A stretch of 64,000 nt of DNA from Candidatus Bathyarchaeota archaeon (lineage in GTDB: Archaea > Thermoproteota > Bathyarchaeia > Bathyarchaeales > Bathycorpusculaceae), in contig CAVTBV010000013.1 in the NCBI GenBank assembly GCA_963733095.1, positions 96,001 through 160,000 of the forward strand, given 5' to 3'. A program made the position numbers and the translations under genes. Positions within the stretch are counted from its first letter, which is position 1; every line of letters begins with the position of its first letter. This document shows positions 12,128 through 22,177 of the stretch, piece after piece. The notes under the pieces are model-generated. The model was not told the DNA's origin and did not search any database. It saw only the letters and a program-made list of their open reading frames with translations.

Positions 12128-12685
12128 TTATTTTGCAATCATGATTTCTGTTGATTTCACGATTGCGGTGACTTCGTCGCCTACTTTTACATCTAATTCT
12201 TCAACTGCTTCTTTTGTTATAACCGCGGTGACGGTTACGGGCATTTTAACTTCAACCTTAACTTTAGCCGTTATCAAGCCTTTTTCAACCGATAAGACTT
12301 TTCCTTTCAACTGATTACGTGCACTTAACTTCAAACCTTTCACCTCCAAACATCCCGGGTCAGACAAAACCCTATCCAAATAAAGCTCCGCCTGCTTATA
12401 CTCGCCCAGCAAACTTTTGCCTAAATCAGTCAGTTTTGCGCCGCCTCCTCCAGATTTGCCGCCCTTATAGGTCTCAACGATCTGTTCTTCCATGGCGTTT
12501 TGGATTTCCTGTACGTAGTTCCAGAGGTAGCGGTAGGACATTCCCAGTGTTTCCGCAGCTCTAGAGAGTGAGTTTTCTTTGTCGATGGCTTCTAAAATTT
12601 CTGCTCCGCCCCTGCCGATTAGGGGTTTTCCTTTGTATTCAAGCCAAGCTTTGCATGAGATTGTGTGTTTTTTGTTGCTGAGCAT
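12128..12685 (-). CDS. ModE-family regulator (wHTH plus TOBE/Mop domain)
   Basis: SLSRAAETLGMSYRYLW, GGKSGGGGAKLT and LSARNQLKGKV motifs. Confidence 0.88.
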   Translation of the reverse strand: MLSNKKHTISCKAWLEYKGKPLIGRGGAEILEAIDKENSLSRAAETLGMSYRYLWNYVQEIQNAMEEQIVETYKGGKSGGGGAKLTDLGKSLLGEYKQAELYLDRVLSDPGCLEVKGLKLSARNQLKGKVLSVEKGLITAKVKVEVKMPVTVTAVITKEAVEELDVKVGDEVTAIVKSTEIMIAK

Positions 12686-12948
12686 TCTGATTATGGCTAT
12701 GTGGTGAAAGCCATATAAAGCTACTTAGCAGCCAAATTTAGAAGTCAAGTTCTCCATTTATGAATTTGCGGGTTATCTCGCTTTTGAGGTGCTCAAAGAA
12801 ATCTTCAGGATTTGCAACCTCAACTATTTCGCCGTTGTGTTTTTCATTTTTTTTCACTGTTTTCCAGTGAGCAGTTTATGCAAATACAACACATATCTGT
12901 TAGCGACTGCGCGAAACCAACATACAAACAAGCCAGAAAGTCTGAAAA

Positions 12949-13164
12949 TTACTTTCTATCCTGCTCTAACTCACTTAAAATAACCAACGCCTCACCAAGA
13001 GGCATCCCTAAGCGCTCCGCAAGCTCAACAGCAGAAACATCCGCCTTCTGAGGAAAAATGCTGTCGCGGGTATAAGCCTTATGAGTCGGGTACATAACCG
13101 ACGCGTGAACTGCCTCAACGAGCAGTTGCCAGAGTTTTTCTTTAGTATAATCATCCAAATTCAT
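12949..13164 (-). CDS. Small hypothetical protein with HTH-like C-terminus
   Basis: MNLDDYTKEKLW...VSAVELAERLGMPLGEALVILSEL. Confidence 0.65.
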   Translation of the reverse strand: MNLDDYTKEKLWQLLVEAVHASVMYPTHKAYTRDSIFPQKADVSAVELAERLGMPLGEALVILSELEQDRK

Positions 13165-13280
13165 AGGAATCAACCATTGATACACTGATGAGGTTATTAG
13201 TCTACCGCAAACAGGACATTGGGTGGTACAATAAACTTATACCCCCCAATGATGATTCAATTATTAGAGGTTGGCTCTTT

Positions 13281-14252
13281 TTGAAAGCTGCTGTTTATCG
13301 CGGACCGCAATCCATTAAAATTGAAAATGTCCCCGACCCCCAAGTAAAAGCAGGCAGGGTGCTTGTCAATTTTTCTGCTGGAAGCATCTGCGGAACCGAC
13401 ATGCACTTCTATCGGGGCGACTGGAAATGGATGAAGAAAGGTAGAATCATCGGCCACGACGCTTGCGGAACAAGAGCAGATACTGGCGAGCGTGTAGTAA
13501 TGGTTCCTATCGTGAACTGCGGACACTGCTACTTTTGCCAGCGAGGTTTACCAACCTACTGCGTTCGAGGCAAATTCTACGGCTTAACAAGAGACGGCTT
13601 TTTCGCAGAATCCAAAGCGATGCTTCCCCGAAGCCTATTTACCATACCTGCCAATGTAACTGACGAAGAAGCCGCTATAGTGGAACCTGTAGCTTTGGCA
13701 CTTCGAGTCCTAAACCATTTGCAGCCAAATCTGGGCGACTGGGTTACAGTGATTGGTCAGGGAGCTATCGGATTGCTAATGACCCAAATCGCCCTCATGA
13801 AAGGGTGTCGAGTCATTGCAGTTGATTTGGAAGATGACAGATTGGAGCTTGCCGAGAAGTACGGCGCCGATGCGGTCATAAACGCTAAAAAAGAAGATGT
13901 GCGCAGAAAGGTTCGAAAATTGACAAAGATGGGTTCGGATTTTGTGATTGAAGCCGCGGGAACAGTTCAGACGGTTGAGCAGACGCCTTTTCTGGTGCGT
14001 AAAGTAGGGAAAGTTGCTTTGGTCGGTGAATCTAAGGGTTACTTGAATTTGGAGGATGCTGATGAAGCCCAGTTTTTCACAATTTACATCTCACCCGTCG
14101 AGTATCCAGCGGCGGTTGAGTTAATCGCCCGAAAACTTGTGGATGTGAAAGGGCTTATAACACATAGGTTTAAGCTTGAAGAATTCGAGAAGGCGCTAAA
14201 CACAGTGGATAACCCCGCGGAGAAGGCATTGAAAGTGGTAGTAACAAAATAG
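13281..14252 (+). CDS. Zn-dependent medium-chain alcohol/polyol dehydrogenase
   Basis: ICGTDMH, GHD, CGHCYFC...C and GQGAIG motifs. Confidence 0.9.
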   Translation: MKAAVYRGPQSIKIENVPDPQVKAGRVLVNFSAGSICGTDMHFYRGDWKWMKKGRIIGHDACGTRADTGERVVMVPIVNCGHCYFCQRGLPTYCVRGKFYGLTRDGFFAESKAMLPRSLFTIPANVTDEEAAIVEPVALALRVLNHLQPNLGDWVTVIGQGAIGLLMTQIALMKGCRVIAVDLEDDRLELAEKYGADAVINAKKEDVRRKVRKLTKMGSDFVIEAAGTVQTVEQTPFLVRKVGKVALVGESKGYLNLEDADEAQFFTIYISPVEYPAAVELIARKLVDVKGLITHRFKLEEFEKALNTVDNPAEKALKVVVTK

Positions 14253-14262
14253 GCTCAGCAAG

Positions 14263-14298
14263 TGTATATCAAACTGTATATCATACTGTATAAACAAG
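14263..14298. repeat. Three imperfect 12-bp tandem repeats in an intergenic region
   Basis: tgtatatcaaac | tgtatatcatac | tgtataaacaag. Confidence 0.65.
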
Positions 14299-14391
14299 CA
14301 CCTTCCTACCCCTTTTCCTGTTTAGAAGATTTTAGCCGTTTTACTTGACCGTAAGGTATATTTCTGTTAGAGAAGTGTTAACCCCAAACTC

Positions 14392-15093
14392 ATGCATATG
14401 GAGCTAACGGTTTTGGCAATAGATGCGGTAATATTCGATTTGGATGGAACACTTGCCAACTTTAACTTGGACTTCAAAGCCATGCGTTCTGAAGTTAGAA
14501 CCTACCTAATGAGCAAAGGTATCCCATCCTCAGTTTTGGATGTTAACGAGAGCATCTTTGAAATGCTAAAAAAAACTGAGATTTACCTGAAAAACAGCTC
14601 TAAATCAAACAGCGCCTTCGAAGAAACACGCAAACAAGCATTATCCATCGCAGAAAAATACGAGATGGAAGCCGCCACAACCACAAACGTGCAAACCGGA
14701 GCCGTTGAAACACTCAAAAACTTACAGAAAATGAACCTAAAAATGGGCCTATGCACAACCAGCAGCGAAAAAGCCTCAAACTATATCCTGCAACGCTTCA
14801 AAATCGACGGCTTCTTCAAAGTCATTGTACCACGCAACAAAGTGAAGTATGTTAAGCCGCATATCGACCAGTTTGAGTTAGCACTAAAAACGTTGGGTAC
14901 ACATGCGAAGTCAGCTCTGATTGTCGGTGACAGCGTGGTCGATATGCAGAGTGCCAAGGAACTCAACGCCATAGCTGTTGGGTTGCCAACGGGGTTATCC
15001 ACAACTGAGCAGTTGATGAGCAGCGGCGCAAACTACATCATAACCTCGCTTAACGATTTGCCTATTCTAATAAAAAAAATAAATAAGGATTAA
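14392..15093 (+). CDS. HAD-superfamily phosphatase (phosphoglycolate phosphatase-like)
   Basis: FDLDGTL, KP and VGDSVVD motifs. Confidence 0.88.
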   Translation: MHMELTVLAIDAVIFDLDGTLANFNLDFKAMRSEVRTYLMSKGIPSSVLDVNESIFEMLKKTEIYLKNSSKSNSAFEETRKQALSIAEKYEMEAATTTNVQTGAVETLKNLQKMNLKMGLCTTSSEKASNYILQRFKIDGFFKVIVPRNKVKYVKPHIDQFELALKTLGTHAKSALIVGDSVVDMQSAKELNAIAVGLPTGLSTTEQLMSSGANYIITSLNDLPILIKKINKD

Positions 15094-18000
15094 GCAGCAG
15101 TTACTACACCGTCGTCTTTGCAGAGGAGTTTTCTCTCCCGCACCAACCGCTTGAAAACTTCGGAGAACACTGCTTTTGAGCTGTCGCCTGAATGGTTTAT
15201 TCCAAACACCCTGGCGGTTTCAGCAATCAACGAATCATTACTTATCCCTAACGCATACTTAGCAACCATCGTCATGGCTAACTCCACTTCTTCAGGCGCA
15301 ATGTATTCGGGTTTGCGTTTGGATTCCGGAACACCCTTTATCGGCACGCGGATAAGCGTTGCTTTAAGTCCAATCGGCCACAGAAAACTACCCTTAATCA
15401 ATACCTTCTGGGTTCTAATCAGGTTGTTTAGGGCTTCTTTTACAGAATGCGAGATTTTTGGCGTAACATGCTTTATTCCCCATGTCGCCGCTAACCGTTC
15501 AACAGCGTAGTCAAAGTGTACGGGACCTTCGTTCTGTATGATTTCGGCTAAGAGTTTTGTTTGGTTTTCTCGGTTTTCGGGGAAGTGGAACTGGTTTCGT
15601 TGTTTGGAGTCGATGGTGGTTTTGGTGGTGGCTACTTTGATGTAGGGGCTGTAGGTAGCTTTTAGGGGATAAACTTTGTAGGGGACGACGATTTTTTCGA
15701 TGCCTGCGAACGTATTTTTCTGGGTGTCAGTTTTTGGCGCGGCGTCTTCTTTGGTGTCGATGATTGGTTTTTGGGCGTCTTTTTCAAGTTGGTCTCTCTG
15801 GGATTGTTCTATGTTTTCTTTTAGTCTTCTGATTTCTGAGTCGCGTCTTGCAACCCACGCGGGTGACCAGATGCGGTGCAAACGCCAGCCCAGTTGCCGA
15901 AGCACTTGTTCGCGCAATCTGTCACGGTCGCGTGCACTGCTGCTCGATTGGTAAGTCGCGCCATCGCATTCCACACCCAGCAAGAAGCATCCTGGACTAA
16001 CAGGATCCATGACTCCTAAGTCAATTCTGTAGTCGCTACAACCAACTTCTGGAACAACCTCATACCCCATCTTTTTGATTTCAGCAGCCACATCTTCATC
16101 CAAGGCTGAATCGAACGTGCCTTCTTTTGACTTATCGGATAAGGTTTCTGGTCCATGTTCGGCGTAGTCGAGGTAAGTGCGTAGGGTTTGTACTCCGATA
16201 GCTTTGGTGTCTTTGTCGATGTCGGAGGCTTTAATGGACGTTATGAGAACGACTTTTTCCCTTGCGCGAGTAACGGCGACGTTCAAACGGCGCTCGCCCC
16301 CCGGCTTGTTTAACGGACCAAAGTTCATTGCCATTTGCCCCTGCTGGTCAAAGCCGTAGCCTACGCTGAAGAATATGACGTCACGTTCGTCTCCCTGCAC
16401 GTTCTCAAGGTTTTTGACAAAGAAACCTTCTAAGCGATCTTCTTTGAAGAAAGGTTGAAAGTCTGGTTGTTCTTTGAGTTTGTTTTCTATAGCTTCTTCC
16501 ACGGCGTCCATTTGGGCGATGCTGAAGGTTACGACGCCAAGTGTTTTGTGAGGGTAGTTTTTGAAGTGCTCAAAGACGAGTTCGGCGACTTTTTCTGCTT
16601 CTTTGAGGTTGTCGCGTTTGCCACCACGGTCGTAGAGTCCGTCGGGTACATGAACGAGTTTTACTCCTAAACTGTCCGATTCTGCTTTGGCTGATGGGAA
16701 GGTAATCATGGTGTCGTCGTAGAACTGGTGGTTTGAAAAGGCAATAAGCTCTTCGTGTCTGCTGCGGTAGTGCCACCTGAGCGTTTTAACAGGCAACCCA
16801 ATGCCCAAACACTCGTCAAGGATGCTGTCGAAAACCTCCACATCGTCATCGCTGAGTTCATCCCAATCAACGTTGTCGAGCAGGTTCTTCTGGAAAAACG
16901 AAGTGGGTGGTAGCTGTTTGTTGTCACCTGCGACTACAACGGTTTTTCCACGGTAAATAGCACCGATAGCGTCCTCGGGAACAATTTGAGATGCTTCGTC
17001 GAAGAGGACTAAATCAAACTTGTTTTCTGGAGGAAGGAACTGGCTGACCGATATGGGACTCATCAGGAGGCAGGGCTTGAGTTTTACGAGTAGGTTAGGG
17101 ATTTTCTGCATAAGCGTTCGGATGGGCATTAGGCGTCGTTTCTTTGCTGCTTCTTTTAGGAGTATGTTGGCTTCGGTGTCAGCTGCTTGGATGAGTATGT
17201 CTTGGGGTTTACGGCTGTTTGCGGCTTCAATAACCATGCTTGAAGTGAGGTGGATGAGGTCTTGGTCGAGTTTTCTGAAATCCGCAATCAGTTGCTCATG
17301 GTTCTCGCGGCGGAACTTACCCAATTTTTGGTCTTCGTTGCAGATGTTGTTTATCCATTCTTGATAAACGCTCTTGCGGAAAACATCACCAAGGTCAGCT
17401 GAGACAATTTTTTCTTCAACTAAGCGGTTGAAGAATTGGTCGAGGTTTCTTAGGCTAAAGCGGTTTTTGGCATCTTTAAAGTCAATCCAAACCTGCACAT
17501 CGTCCACGCGGTCGCGGAGTGCTTGGATACGTTTGCTTATGACTTTGATTTCTAAGTCCTTGAGCTTCTGGTTCTGATACTTCATTTCTGTTTCAAAGCG
17601 TTTTTCAAAATCTGCCAGAACCTTCAGTGAAACCGCGAGTTGTTGAGTCAACTCCGTGTTGGATGGTGCCACGGTTGGTCCTTGAGCGGCAAGGTCAGCG
17701 AAGGCTTCTGGCACTGCTATGTCGCCGAATGCTGATTGCACTTTTTTGCTCCATTCAAGCACCACAACCATGTCTTGCCAGTTAGTTTCAAGCTCTTGGA
17801 AGCGACTGCCAAATTTCTCTTTCAGTTGAACTTTTTCGCCGACAATTTGAGCTTCTTTCTTTCGTATTTCCTCAGCATTCTTGAGGTCTTCGATGAATTG
17901 TTTGTAGTTTTGGGGTTCTTGCTTGCTTATTGCTAGGGTGTCTTTGGTGAGTGCGCAGAGGGGGTTGAGTTGTTTTTCTGTTTCATTCGCCCATTCCTCA

Positions 18001-20780
18001 ACTATCGACAGCGGCGTCCAACTTATGGCTGCGTCTGATTTCGGCAAACTCGGGGGAACAAGTGATTCCACCTCTTTGCCCTGCTCTTCCCATTTGTCGA
18101 CTGACGCTTGGAGTTCGAAACCCAAATTCTTAATCATGGGAGATGGGCTCGATGATGCGGTTAGCAATTTTAGGAGGGTTTCAGGAATCTGGGTTCCCCA
18201 CGACAACTTTTTAATTTCTTCAGTTAGAACTAAGGCTTTTTCTGCGCCTTGGAAGTCTGTTCGGGTCTTACGGTAATAGTGGCCCATCAAAGTGCGGACG
18301 GTTTCCGCGGAGGCGTCAATTTTCGCTTGGAGCTTTTTGACTTTGCGTGCATCAATTAGGTCCTGTTTTATTGTTTTAGGGACTTTGCCGTCGTTTGTTA
18401 ACCGCGCAATCGCTTTTTGGTCGTTGCGGTAAGTTGCGTTGAAGATTTTTAGGCCGCTCTGGTATTCTCCGTTGTACCTTTCAATCATGCCGTCTAGGTC
18501 TAACTCGTAGATGCCGTCGCTGTAGGTTTCGTCAAGGCGGCTTTTTGTGAGGTGGTGTTCTTGGTAGAGTTGTTTGGCTTTTGTGACGATTTCTTGGACT
18601 TGTTCGAGGTATTTGGCATCGAACCATTCGGGCTCGGGTTTGTCTTCTGCAAAGCATAGGTTCGCTACGCGGGAGAGTTGTTTTAGTTGTGTAACTGTTA
18701 AGTCGGTGCCGTCTAAGCCGAGGAGTTGGGCAAGGGCTTGAGAGGTTTCACGCCACTTGCGGGATACCAATTGTGTGCTTCTGAGGTAAGATAGGACTTT
18801 TTCGCGTTTAGCAAGCAGTTCGCCCTCTTCCACGTTGATAGATGGAAGCAACTTGCCCACTGCCGATACTGCATGCTGCATTTCCGCTGACCTATTAAGA
18901 ACCAAAGTGAAAAGGGCGGGTTGGTAGTGTTCCATGAGATTGGTACGGGTATTCTTTATCCAGATGCTCGTTTCAAGGTAATTTTTGGCTTCGTAAAGGA
19001 GTTTGGCTAAGTCTGGGTTTGTTAGCCAGTAGGCTTCGGGCTTGGGGCTTTCAAAGAGAAACTTGCTTACGTCTATGAGCCATTGTATGCGGGCGAAGCT
19101 TTCTGGCGGAAACACTCCGAGTTTAGCAGAAAAATCTTCAGTCTTTATTTCAAGCTCCCGTAAAGTTTCATTTATCCATTCGAGTGTTGTGAGGAGTTCG
19201 CTTCGGATTTCAAGGTTGTATTTGTCAGCGCGGTATCCTAGCCATGGAAAATCTGTCTCCTCGATTACCTGCCACACTTTGCTGAGCTGCGAGACAAGTT
19301 CTTCGAGTTCACGCATCTTCTGCGGAGTCAACGTTCCCAGATCAGTTAGACCCACAGGAACAAAAGGAACCCGCTCAAGGCTCGAGATGATGCTTAGAAC
19401 TTCGTAGACGCTTCTCTGAAGGTACGGGCGCTTCTCATGCAATGCGGTGACGTAGCCGTTTAAGGCTTCGCGATACTCTACCATTCGTTCGAACTCATTG
19501 GTTGAGGGGAGTTTGCGGGGAATCAGGTTTTCTTCGAGGCTGCGTTTAAGCTCCGCCACCACCTGCTGCTTGTTGGCTTTGCTACTGTGGAGTTCCAAGC
19601 AGAAATGCGCCAAACCAACCTCACTTAATCGTTTGTAAACAACTTCCAATGCCGCCATCTTGTCACTCACAAACAGCACGCTTTTGCCGTTGGCGATACA
19701 CTCAGAAATGATGTTGGCTATTGTTTGGCTCTTGCCTGTTCCCGGTGGACCCTTCATTACGAAGCTTTGTCCACACAGTGCGTATTCGATGGAGACGCGT
19801 TGGCTGCTATCGGCGTCGAGGACCTGGTATGTTTTAGCTGGCGCCTCGATTTTGTCAACATCTTTCTCGTCAGGCAAGCCGCTTAGAATGAGATTGTCTT
19901 CTTTTATCCCCGCTATAGCCTTGATTATTGGGTGCTGAGTAACTAGGGCAGCGTTGGATTCGAGGTCTTTGTAGATGACTAGTTTCTGGAAGGAAAACAA
20001 TCCCAAATCAACCGAAACCTCGGTTTTCCAGCCCATCTCAGCGACCATTTGATCCACCAAAATGAAGTAGTCTGCCAGTTTCTGTTCTTCCCATTCCTCA
20101 GGTAGTGGGGGCAATTCGATTTTGTAGTCGTTCTTCAGTTTTGCTTGCAGGGCAGGGTTTAGGACAGCTTCATCTTCAACTGGCGGTACAGCTATGGTGT
20201 AGGGTTGGCGAATTGTGTCTCTTGTTAATTCTAAAGGTACAAGAATAATGGGCGATTGCATGTTTTCTTTTGTCTCCATATCCGCCCAGTTTAGGGTTCC
20301 AAAAGCTGCGTACAGTATGCGGACGCCTCGCTCCATATAATCGAGAAGTGAGCGACTCTGCAAAATCTTTAAGCTGCGTTCAAGCTCCAACTTACTTAGG
20401 TTCCCGCTGACCAGTTGGTTTGCTGTGGGGCGCTTGGATTCTTCAGGGGTTGTTGCGGCTTTCACTGGGGCTTTTGTCGTCTTAGCCTCCGCTTCTACAA
20501 CTTTAGCTTTTCCTTTGCCTTTGGCTTTTGGTTTTTCAATAGTTTCTGGCGCTTTGGCTTCTTCGGGTGGAACAAAGAATTCCAAACTTTTCTTCTTTAA
20601 AACCAGCACATCAAAAATTTTCTGTGCGTCAGGTTGGCTGATGGGTAGGTTTCCTCGTTTACTCTTGCGGAAATAGAGCAGGTTGTTTTTTCTTGAAAAA
20701 TCAATTAACCTTGATTTCCAATCTTCCACACGTTTCATGGGCGTCGAGGGAGTGATTTCAGTCATTACAGGCACATCCAA
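15090..20780 (-). CDS. DUF4011 - SF1 (DNA2/NAM7) helicase - Vsr-like endonuclease - DUF3320 protein (Hhe-like)
   Basis: WKSRLIDFSRKNNLL, GPPGTGKSQT, FDEASQ, HYRSRHEELI, VQGDERD, RRLNVAVTRAR, GVECDGATY...RDRDRLREQVL...GW. Confidence 0.88.
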   Translation of the reverse strand: MDVPVMTEITPSTPMKRVEDWKSRLIDFSRKNNLLYFRKSKRGNLPISQPDAQKIFDVLVLKKKSLEFFVPPEEAKAPETIEKPKAKGKGKAKVVEAEAKTTKAPVKAATTPEESKRPTANQLVSGNLSKLELERSLKILQSRSLLDYMERGVRILYAAFGTLNWADMETKENMQSPIILVPLELTRDTIRQPYTIAVPPVEDEAVLNPALQAKLKNDYKIELPPLPEEWEEQKLADYFILVDQMVAEMGWKTEVSVDLGLFSFQKLVIYKDLESNAALVTQHPIIKAIAGIKEDNLILSGLPDEKDVDKIEAPAKTYQVLDADSSQRVSIEYALCGQSFVMKGPPGTGKSQTIANIISECIANGKSVLFVSDKMAALEVVYKRLSEVGLAHFCLELHSSKANKQQVVAELKRSLEENLIPRKLPSTNEFERMVEYREALNGYVTALHEKRPYLQRSVYEVLSIISSLERVPFVPVGLTDLGTLTPQKMRELEELVSQLSKVWQVIEETDFPWLGYRADKYNLEIRSELLTTLEWINETLRELEIKTEDFSAKLGVFPPESFARIQWLIDVSKFLFESPKPEAYWLTNPDLAKLLYEAKNYLETSIWIKNTRTNLMEHYQPALFTLVLNRSAEMQHAVSAVGKLLPSINVEEGELLAKREKVLSYLRSTQLVSRKWRETSQALAQLLGLDGTDLTVTQLKQLSRVANLCFAEDKPEPEWFDAKYLEQVQEIVTKAKQLYQEHHLTKSRLDETYSDGIYELDLDGMIERYNGEYQSGLKIFNATYRNDQKAIARLTNDGKVPKTIKQDLIDARKVKKLQAKIDASAETVRTLMGHYYRKTRTDFQGAEKALVLTEEIKKLSWGTQIPETLLKLLTASSSPSPMIKNLGFELQASVDKWEEQGKEVESLVPPSLPKSDAAISWTPLSIVEEWANETEKQLNPLCALTKDTLAISKQEPQNYKQFIEDLKNAEEIRKKEAQIVGEKVQLKEKFGSRFQELETNWQDMVVVLEWSKKVQSAFGDIAVPEAFADLAAQGPTVAPSNTELTQQLAVSLKVLADFEKRFETEMKYQNQKLKDLEIKVISKRIQALRDRVDDVQVWIDFKDAKNRFSLRNLDQFFNRLVEEKIVSADLGDVFRKSVYQEWINNICNEDQKLGKFRRENHEQLIADFRKLDQDLIHLTSSMVIEAANSRKPQDILIQAADTEANILLKEAAKKRRLMPIRTLMQKIPNLLVKLKPCLLMSPISVSQFLPPENKFDLVLFDEASQIVPEDAIGAIYRGKTVVVAGDNKQLPPTSFFQKNLLDNVDWDELSDDDVEVFDSILDECLGIGLPVKTLRWHYRSRHEELIAFSNHQFYDDTMITFPSAKAESDSLGVKLVHVPDGLYDRGGKRDNLKEAEKVAELVFEHFKNYPHKTLGVVTFSIAQMDAVEEAIENKLKEQPDFQPFFKEDRLEGFFVKNLENVQGDERDVIFFSVGYGFDQQGQMAMNFGPLNKPGGERRLNVAVTRAREKVVLITSIKASDIDKDTKAIGVQTLRTYLDYAEHGPETLSDKSKEGTFDSALDEDVAAEIKKMGYEVVPEVGCSDYRIDLGVMDPVSPGCFLLGVECDGATYQSSSSARDRDRLREQVLRQLGWRLHRIWSPAWVARRDSEIRRLKENIEQSQRDQLEKDAQKPIIDTKEDAAPKTDTQKNTFAGIEKIVVPYKVYPLKATYSPYIKVATTKTTIDSKQRNQFHFPENRENQTKLLAEIIQNEGPVHFDYAVERLAATWGIKHVTPKISHSVKEALNNLIRTQKVLIKGSFLWPIGLKATLIRVPIKGVPESKRKPEYIAPEEVELAMTMVAKYALGISNDSLIAETARVFGINHSGDSSKAVFSEVFKRLVRERKLLCKDDGVVTAA

Positions 20781-20881
20781 CGGTACAGGTTAGCATTATT
20801 GTAGGGATGTTTCTTTAATACTTACGGTAGTTTCAAAGGTATCTAAACAATCAGGAAGAAAATTTCTTGGAACTAAAAGAG

Positions 20882-21505
20882 TCAGTTGCCTACATTTGAC
20901 CGGTTTATTGCATCTTCAATTACCTGCTTAACATTTTCTAAACCTACTTTTCTTATTTCAAGGACTGTGAGGTTCATACCGGATTTTTCCATGTCTTCTT
21001 TGCATTTTTCTGGGTAACCACAAGTATCTAAAATTACAGCGCCTTTAATGCCGCTGAACATGTTTGCAAACACTGCTTTATCAAACCCTTCTTTCTGCAA
21101 CTGTTCCTTGGCGTATTTAAAGAAACCAATCATGCCCGGACCCATAAACATCAGGTTATGCTCGGGGTCAGCCTCAAAGAACTTGCCTTTGCCGCCGAGT
21201 TGGCAGTCGATGCAGTTGACCGCATCAACCTTAACCACGCCGTACTCCTCAGCGAGCTTTTTCATTTCATTATCTTGCCCCAAACATAAGTCGCCGTAGA
21301 CCAACACTATCTTGCCTTTGAATCTTTTTTGGGTTTGTTTTATAACTTTACGCACATTGTTCTCTAACGCGGCATAGTCGATGTGAAAAAATTTGCTCAC
21401 ATAAACCACATCTGCGTCAAGGTCGCCCTGTTTGATGAGTTGCTGGATTTCTTCTTTTAGGACACTGCACGCTACTAGGCAAATCTTCGTTTTTCCATTT
21501 ACCAT
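20882..21505 (-). CDS. DUF1638 domain protein
   Basis: IxCxVLxxE start, LVYGDLC and NCIDC motifs. Confidence 0.7.
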   Translation of the reverse strand: MVNGKTKICLVACSVLKEEIQQLIKQGDLDADVVYVSKFFHIDYAALENNVRKVIKQTQKRFKGKIVLVYGDLCLGQDNEMKKLAEEYGVVKVDAVNCIDCQLGGKGKFFEADPEHNLMFMGPGMIGFFKYAKEQLQKEGFDKAVFANMFSGIKGAVILDTCGYPEKCKEDMEKSGMNLTVLEIRKVGLENVKQVIEDAINRSNVGN

Positions 21506-21778
21506 TAAGTTCAGCTTCAAAAGCAACCTACATATTTATTGGAAATAAAGATTTTCTTAAAATAAGTAAACCGGACTTATTCCGAGCAATGACATATTGC
21601 GTCTTTTGGGTCAAAATTTATATTAAGCGAGCAAGCACTTAGTTGTGGGATGTATCCTGCCGGGTGGTTGGAATGTATTTCCCTCTCTTCCTGAAAATTG
21701 AGGTTTATTTTTCAACCGTTCGGTAGGTACCTCCCAAATTTCTTTGTTCAGGCAAAAACCAAGCGTTTTTGCTCCAAA

Positions 21779-22177
21779 TCAGGGTTTAAAGCAGTACCTT
21801 TGCCACTGTGGCCATTTATGCGGCGTGCTGCATGTACCAAAATCCAACGTTAAATCCATCCCTATCTTTAGGTGCTCCTGCGTGGTGCCCTGTATCATTC
21901 CAGGAATTTTTAAGCCATTCTCCAACTCCACAATACCCACTGCATAAGGCGTTAATGCTTGGAACTGTTCCGGGGCAATGTGGATGACGGTGTAAGTTAG
22001 TAACTTTCCTTTACCAGAAACTTGAACCCACTCAAACTCCTGAGAATAACAGTTGTCACATAGGGGACGCGGTGGAAGATGGATTTTTCCACATTTGAGG
22101 CATTTTCCAGCCATCAACTTCTGCTGCCCCAAGAACTTGTAGAACTGTTCAATCGTAAAAGGCTCTATTGTACTCAT
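21779..22177 (-). CDS. DUF35 Zn-ribbon/OB-fold protein (thiolase partner)
   Basis: CLKCG..HLPPRPLCDNC, GKLLTYTVIH, PYAVGIVEL; overlaps the thiolase stop. Confidence 0.9.
   Translation of the reverse strand: MSTIEPFTIEQFYKFLGQQKLMAGKCLKCGKIHLPPRPLCDNCYSQEFEWVQVSGKGKLLTYTVIHIAPEQFQALTPYAVGIVELENGLKIPGMIQGTTQEHLKIGMDLTLDFGTCSTPHKWPQWQRYCFKP

Noticed and set aside
15118-20676. Many plus-strand ORFs inside the helicase gene, and similar antisense ORFs elsewhere
   Set aside because: They are shadow frames of well-supported genes and carry no motifs.
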